A DNA stretch of 64,000 nt from Ramazzottius varieornatus (lineage: Eukaryota > Animalia > Tardigrada): assembly GCA_001949185.1 (NCBI GenBank), contig BDGG01000001.1:5509527-5573526 (forward strand), written 5' to 3'. The notes below the pieces were generated by a model that saw only the letters and a program-made list of their open reading frames with translations, searched no databases and was not told the origin of the DNA. Positions within the stretch are counted from its first letter, which is position 1; each line of letters begins with the position of its first letter. The position numbers were made by a program, and so were the translations under genes. Below are positions 59,930-64,000 of the stretch, piece after piece.

Positions 59930-61534
59930 TCTCGGTTAGTAGGTGGAAGTATGGAGTAGGACGAAAATTTTAGTATATTGCAAAGTTTTTTTCCAAAACC
60001 ATTTGATGTTAAAAAGCGAGAGACAGAAAATGTGGAATACCTGCACAGGATGCCGTGGCAACGTGCTCGTTGAGGCAAGTTGTGCGGACTGCAGGATCAA
60101 GAAAGTGAGCTATTGTTGTAACACCAAGTTCCACTCCTTCCCGGAAGTGTCTGGGAGTGCTTTCTTGACGCAACTTTGCGCAGACTATAGTGTATCTTGG
60201 GTAAATGGTCGGCCTGTGGTATGGCACGTGCTAATACCCTGTTGCAACTTACCGCGCTTACTGTAGAGACGGCGAGCCAAAACAATGGGAATATATTAGC
60301 TTGCCGATACCGTACTACTGTAGCAAGGTATGGCTTAGAAAATCCTGTACTTAGTGCTGCAAAACAATGTCACGTTTCCTCCAAGGAACTCAAAATCATA
60401 GCCAACAAAGATAGCTAAGGTGTCATTCGTTGGATGTTCGTGCTTGCAGATAAACCGGCACATAACATAATAATTAACTAATAATTAACCTAGCTTTCAC
60501 TGATGAGACCTGCCCCTTTTTGCAGGACAGACGGCATCCTGTACAGCTCCTGTGTTTCGCAGGACCAGTTCTAGTCCCTGCTAGGCTGTTACTTTATGTC
60601 GGATACACAAAAATTGTCGACCATCCGCATCGACATCCCGGAAAGATGTTGGCATACAAGAGCGCCAACGTTACAGGAGCCCTTCGAGGACGCTGTTGTA
60701 AATTTCTGTTTATACCTTTGTCCAGCTTGTCTCCCTGCCAGGCGGTCCATTTTTTTACGTGATGGTTACCACCGGTGGTCAATACTCCAATATACATTTG
60801 CTGAGTGCAGCCCTGAGCGAGCTATTGATATATGCCGCGTACCCGGAGGAGCTTGCGAACCGTCCTTGAACATACCGCTATCTCGACAATGTCAGCAATC
60901 CATGCAACAACGATTCTGTTTCTTACGCACTACAAGCAATGAGAAAATTTCATGAAAGCGCGTTCCTATAAATATTTCCAGAACCGAACCTATCGTCAAC
61001 ATCCCAAGTACGCACTGAGCGTCCCATTTCGATACTTTTTAGAGTTGAGCCACGAGGTAAAACTAGCGGACTTGACAATGCAAATTCGCATGGCGAAGTT
61101 GTCAGCTTTCAGGCCGCGCGGTGGCGACACTTCCTATAGCCCCACCTGCCGCAACTATGAAAAGTGACACAAACGCCTTTGGCGGCTCGCTGGAAAATTT
61201 TCCCACTGCCTTTTTAACAGTGGAGAAACCTGTCTTCCTGTTAGACCCGATAAGAAACTTCTTATATTCTCCTTAGCTTCTGGATCGGTACGGTGAGATT
61301 CCACAAGATTTTTCGCTATCCAATGAACCGAAAAGCAAGCAAAACGGCTTAGTAACTCGATAAATCCGACGCTGACAACTCGCCGTGCAATTTGCATTGA
61401 CAAGTCCGCTCCGTTCTCCTCATAATGCTTGTAGCGTTCGGGGTTTTGTCTGTGTGAGACCTTGCACGCCATTGCGCAAGCTCTGGACACTTCTTGCAAC
61501 AAGGCGAACACAACCCAGCAATAGGAACAGTGTA

Positions 61535-61687
61535 CACGACCCTGGCCTAATTACCGGTTGGACCAAATTTCCGGCCACCGGCCGAATGCGGCAGCAGCCA
61601 GCAAAACTGATCAATCAATCAAAACGCGGTCGCTTTCGGCCGGTGGCTGGAAATTCTGTCCAGGCCGGTAGTTGGGCCAGGCGCGTG
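61535..61687. mobile_element. Hairpin MITE related to family C
   Basis: ~55-bp imperfect IRs starting TA-CACGACCCTGGCCTAATTACCGG; central CAATCAAT also seen in the 27132 element. Confidence 0.7.
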
Positions 61688-61854
61688 CACTGGTAGAAGG
61701 ACCTTGCACGGCGCGATGCGGGCAGTCGAGATCAAGCCCTCTGGAACTTGAGTAACACTATTTTGGTGCAGGGTGTGGTACCCGGGCGGAAAGTATTCCA
61801 GGTTTGTGGAATTAAGATGAGTTTATCAGGCTTAAACTTCGATTTGAACCTGTA

Positions 61855-62322
61855 CACGCTCGACGAGATATTATGGGCCAGTAAAAATTACGGGCCACGC
61901 CAGGCCCTTTCGCTACGGCGGCACCGGCAGGTGATTCTTGCTACAAGTAAAACCAACATCGAGGCTGCTCTGATGTACGTAAGTGCTGGATATTGGGCCG
62001 AGGAGTTAACTTAAAGCTTGTCATATTTATTATAGCGTTTAGGTCTCCATTTTACCGGAACACTCAGATCTTCAATAGTTCAAGCTATTTCAGAGCTTCT
62101 CCGAGAGAAAGTCGAATATCAATCGACAGCAGCGTTGAAGCGTAAGAGTAAAACAGATGATCAGTTGATGGCCACTGTCCATGACAGTTTTCTACGGCTG
62201 AATTTTACTGCGTTACGTCATTTGTCCGATTTCTGTTTCTGACTTCCATACAAATTGTAAATTTGCCGTCTTTTCCGCCTGGCCCGTAGTTTTTACTGGC
62301 CCATGATATCTCGTCGTTCGTG
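61855..62322. mobile_element. MITE family B, long copy
   Basis: TA-CACGCTCGACGAGATATTATGGGCCAGTAAAAATTACGGGCCA ... TGGCCCGTAGTTTTTACTGGCCCATGATATCTCGTCGTTCGTG-TA. Confidence 0.85.
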
Positions 62323-63610
62323 TACATGTGGAGCTACATGTGGAGAACTACCAAAGTTCCATCGGATCAAACTGTGACTTTGATCGGCGCGAGTTCGATC
62401 GCAGCAAACTGGTAAAGACGGTCAGAGTGGAACGATACTTTAGATTACCGTTCCATCCTGTTACGGTGTGGGAAATGCGTCCTGTTCGGTACCCCATCTG
62501 GATTTGTCATTTCGGCTTTGTCATTTGAGGGAACTTCGACAATTTTTTTCCAGTTTTCCGAAAAGATCTTGCATCTCCGACAGTGCTTAAAAATTAGCCC
62601 AAGGACTGAGCAAGACGAAAAGCGGTTGTAAGTACAAACTCTTGGTTTAGAATACACTTTGCAATTTTTTTCCATGAGGAGAGGTTTCCCGGCAAAATGG
62701 TCAAAGTCGACGATATTAATTCATTTTCAAAGTTAGTTTGAACTTCTTGCGATCTATTCTGATTTCAATGAGAACCTAGGTAGTTATAACCAGGTTAAGA
62801 TCAAATGGAGGTTGGGTTCTCAAACGGAGTTCCAGAGAACCTGTTTCATTCGTTGCGAGAAGTCTTCCTCACCGGAATTCACGCCAATCAACTTTTTCAC
62901 CCCTGGTCTCAACGCCTACAGATGAACTATAACTCTTTGAGAAGAGCTTGAAAAGTTAAATAAAATCTGTGAAGGACCGAAAAGAGAACCAGCACTTTGA
63001 ATTTAAGTTCCAGGTGGTATTCACTTGGCGTACTCACCCTGTATTTTCACGCACAGGGCAAAACGTCGACGAGCCAGGGACGGTCAATGGTACCTGCTGG
63101 ATCACGGAGGGGCGATTCTGTGATGACGATAGTTTCCGTGTTCGAACGGCACACTCCCCAGCTGGACATGCCGTAAGAGTGTGAAAGAGAACTTCGTAAA
63201 TAAACTGCTGCGTTTCCGTGTGTTATTCTCTTCCAACTTGACGCACTGTGGACATTCCTTCTGATCGGATTCGTTCGTTTACTGATAAAACGGTTCGAGG
63301 ACTATCAATACCCCACATGCTGGAGAGCGTTACAAGTTACAGTATTGGTCGTTTCATCTCGGCAAAAGTAATCGCGATTGTAAAGAAGCACAGAAACAGT
63401 GCGATTCAACAATTTGAAAATTGGAAATCAAAAGACCGTCAAATCCAACTGGGCGCGTACACCAAAACAAATACCGGCATACAGGTGAACGATTGAGCAT
63501 TAACAATAATACGACTTTAAACTAAACAAATATGACAGAAGATTCAAAAAAGGGGTGATTTTATCTGCGGGTCATCTGTACAGGAGCAGAGACGATCATA
63601 ACTGGCAAGA

Positions 63611-64000
63611 CTACTTCAGCCACTTCAGAAGGGTTTCTTCGAACGTCTTCCAGTGGCGCATACTGTCGCGCTTGTAATCTTTGTTCATAGCTCTGATGGA
63701 AGCTGTAAAAACAGGAAGCCTGATCATTCATGAGTCAAGGAGAGGTTGATTCATAAAGAAAGAAACTTCTGATCAATGTACCACAAGCATAGATGAATGC
63801 GTCGAGATTCATCTGCGCCGACGAAGATCCCTTCTTGCCAAAGCGAGCACATAGTTTCTTGCAGAAGTCTGTCGAGAGGTTGTAGCCCATCCCCACAAAC
63901 GCTTCGGAGATTTCGGTGTAGTTGATGGTGCCGGAGTGGTCTTTGTCGAAGTGATCGAAGACGGCGCGCCACTTGCGAATGTACTTCTTGAGCTCTCGGA
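63611..64000 (-). CDS. Penta-EF-hand protein (ALG-2/peflin/sorcin-like), 3' part
   Basis: KYIRKWRAVFDHFDKDHSGTINYTEISEAFVGMGYNLS...MNLDAFIYAC, intron ~63780-63703, then ASIRAMNKDYKRDSMRHWKTFEETLLKWLK*. Not shown in the supplied ORF track. Confidence 0.8.

Noticed and set aside
60000-63500. Short ORFs upstream of TPPP
   Set aside because: They overlap MITEs or lack motifs and splice support.
1-64000. tRNA, rRNA and known tardigrade-specific genes (CAHS, SAHS, MAHS, Dsup)
   Set aside because: No recognisable signatures by eye; tRNAscan-SE, Infernal and HMM searches would be needed to exclude them formally.

Overview
Compact, intron-rich animal (bilaterian invertebrate) DNA with mostly 50-120 nt GT-AG introns. 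The gene density and a plant/fungal-type UGT suggest a tardigrade (Ramazzottius-like), but this is inference. Bases 1 to ~17 kb are a nested DNA-transposon graveyard: at least three decayed hAT transposases, one full-length PIF/Harbinger element with TIRs and ATT TSD, a second diverged Harbinger head-to-head with it, and a KDZ/Zisupton-like fragment. Bases ~17-64 kb hold host genes: a highly divergent Slo/BK-family channel, a saposin-like cluster, a fringe-like GT31, a secreted Cys-rich protein, an intronless PSPG-box UGT, ABCF1, PAIP1-like, NDUFC2, ENKD1-like, CDK20-like, TRAPPC6, a FOLN/WAP protein, Spot14/MID1IP1, TPPP and a partial penta-EF-hand gene, interspersed with TA-flanked and hAT-type MITEs. 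Most striking: (1) an apparently intact Slo paralog whose K+ filter TVGYGD is replaced without gaps by MLDLSY and whose S4 lacks the R207/R213 equivalents, while the Ca2+ bowl and CxxCH heme motif are kept; (2) complex I subunit NDUFC2 carrying a ~240-aa Gly/Ser/Ala/His-rich disordered region; (3) a horizontal-transfer-candidate UGT. All gene models were spliced by eye and family calls come from recalled motifs; no database search was run.
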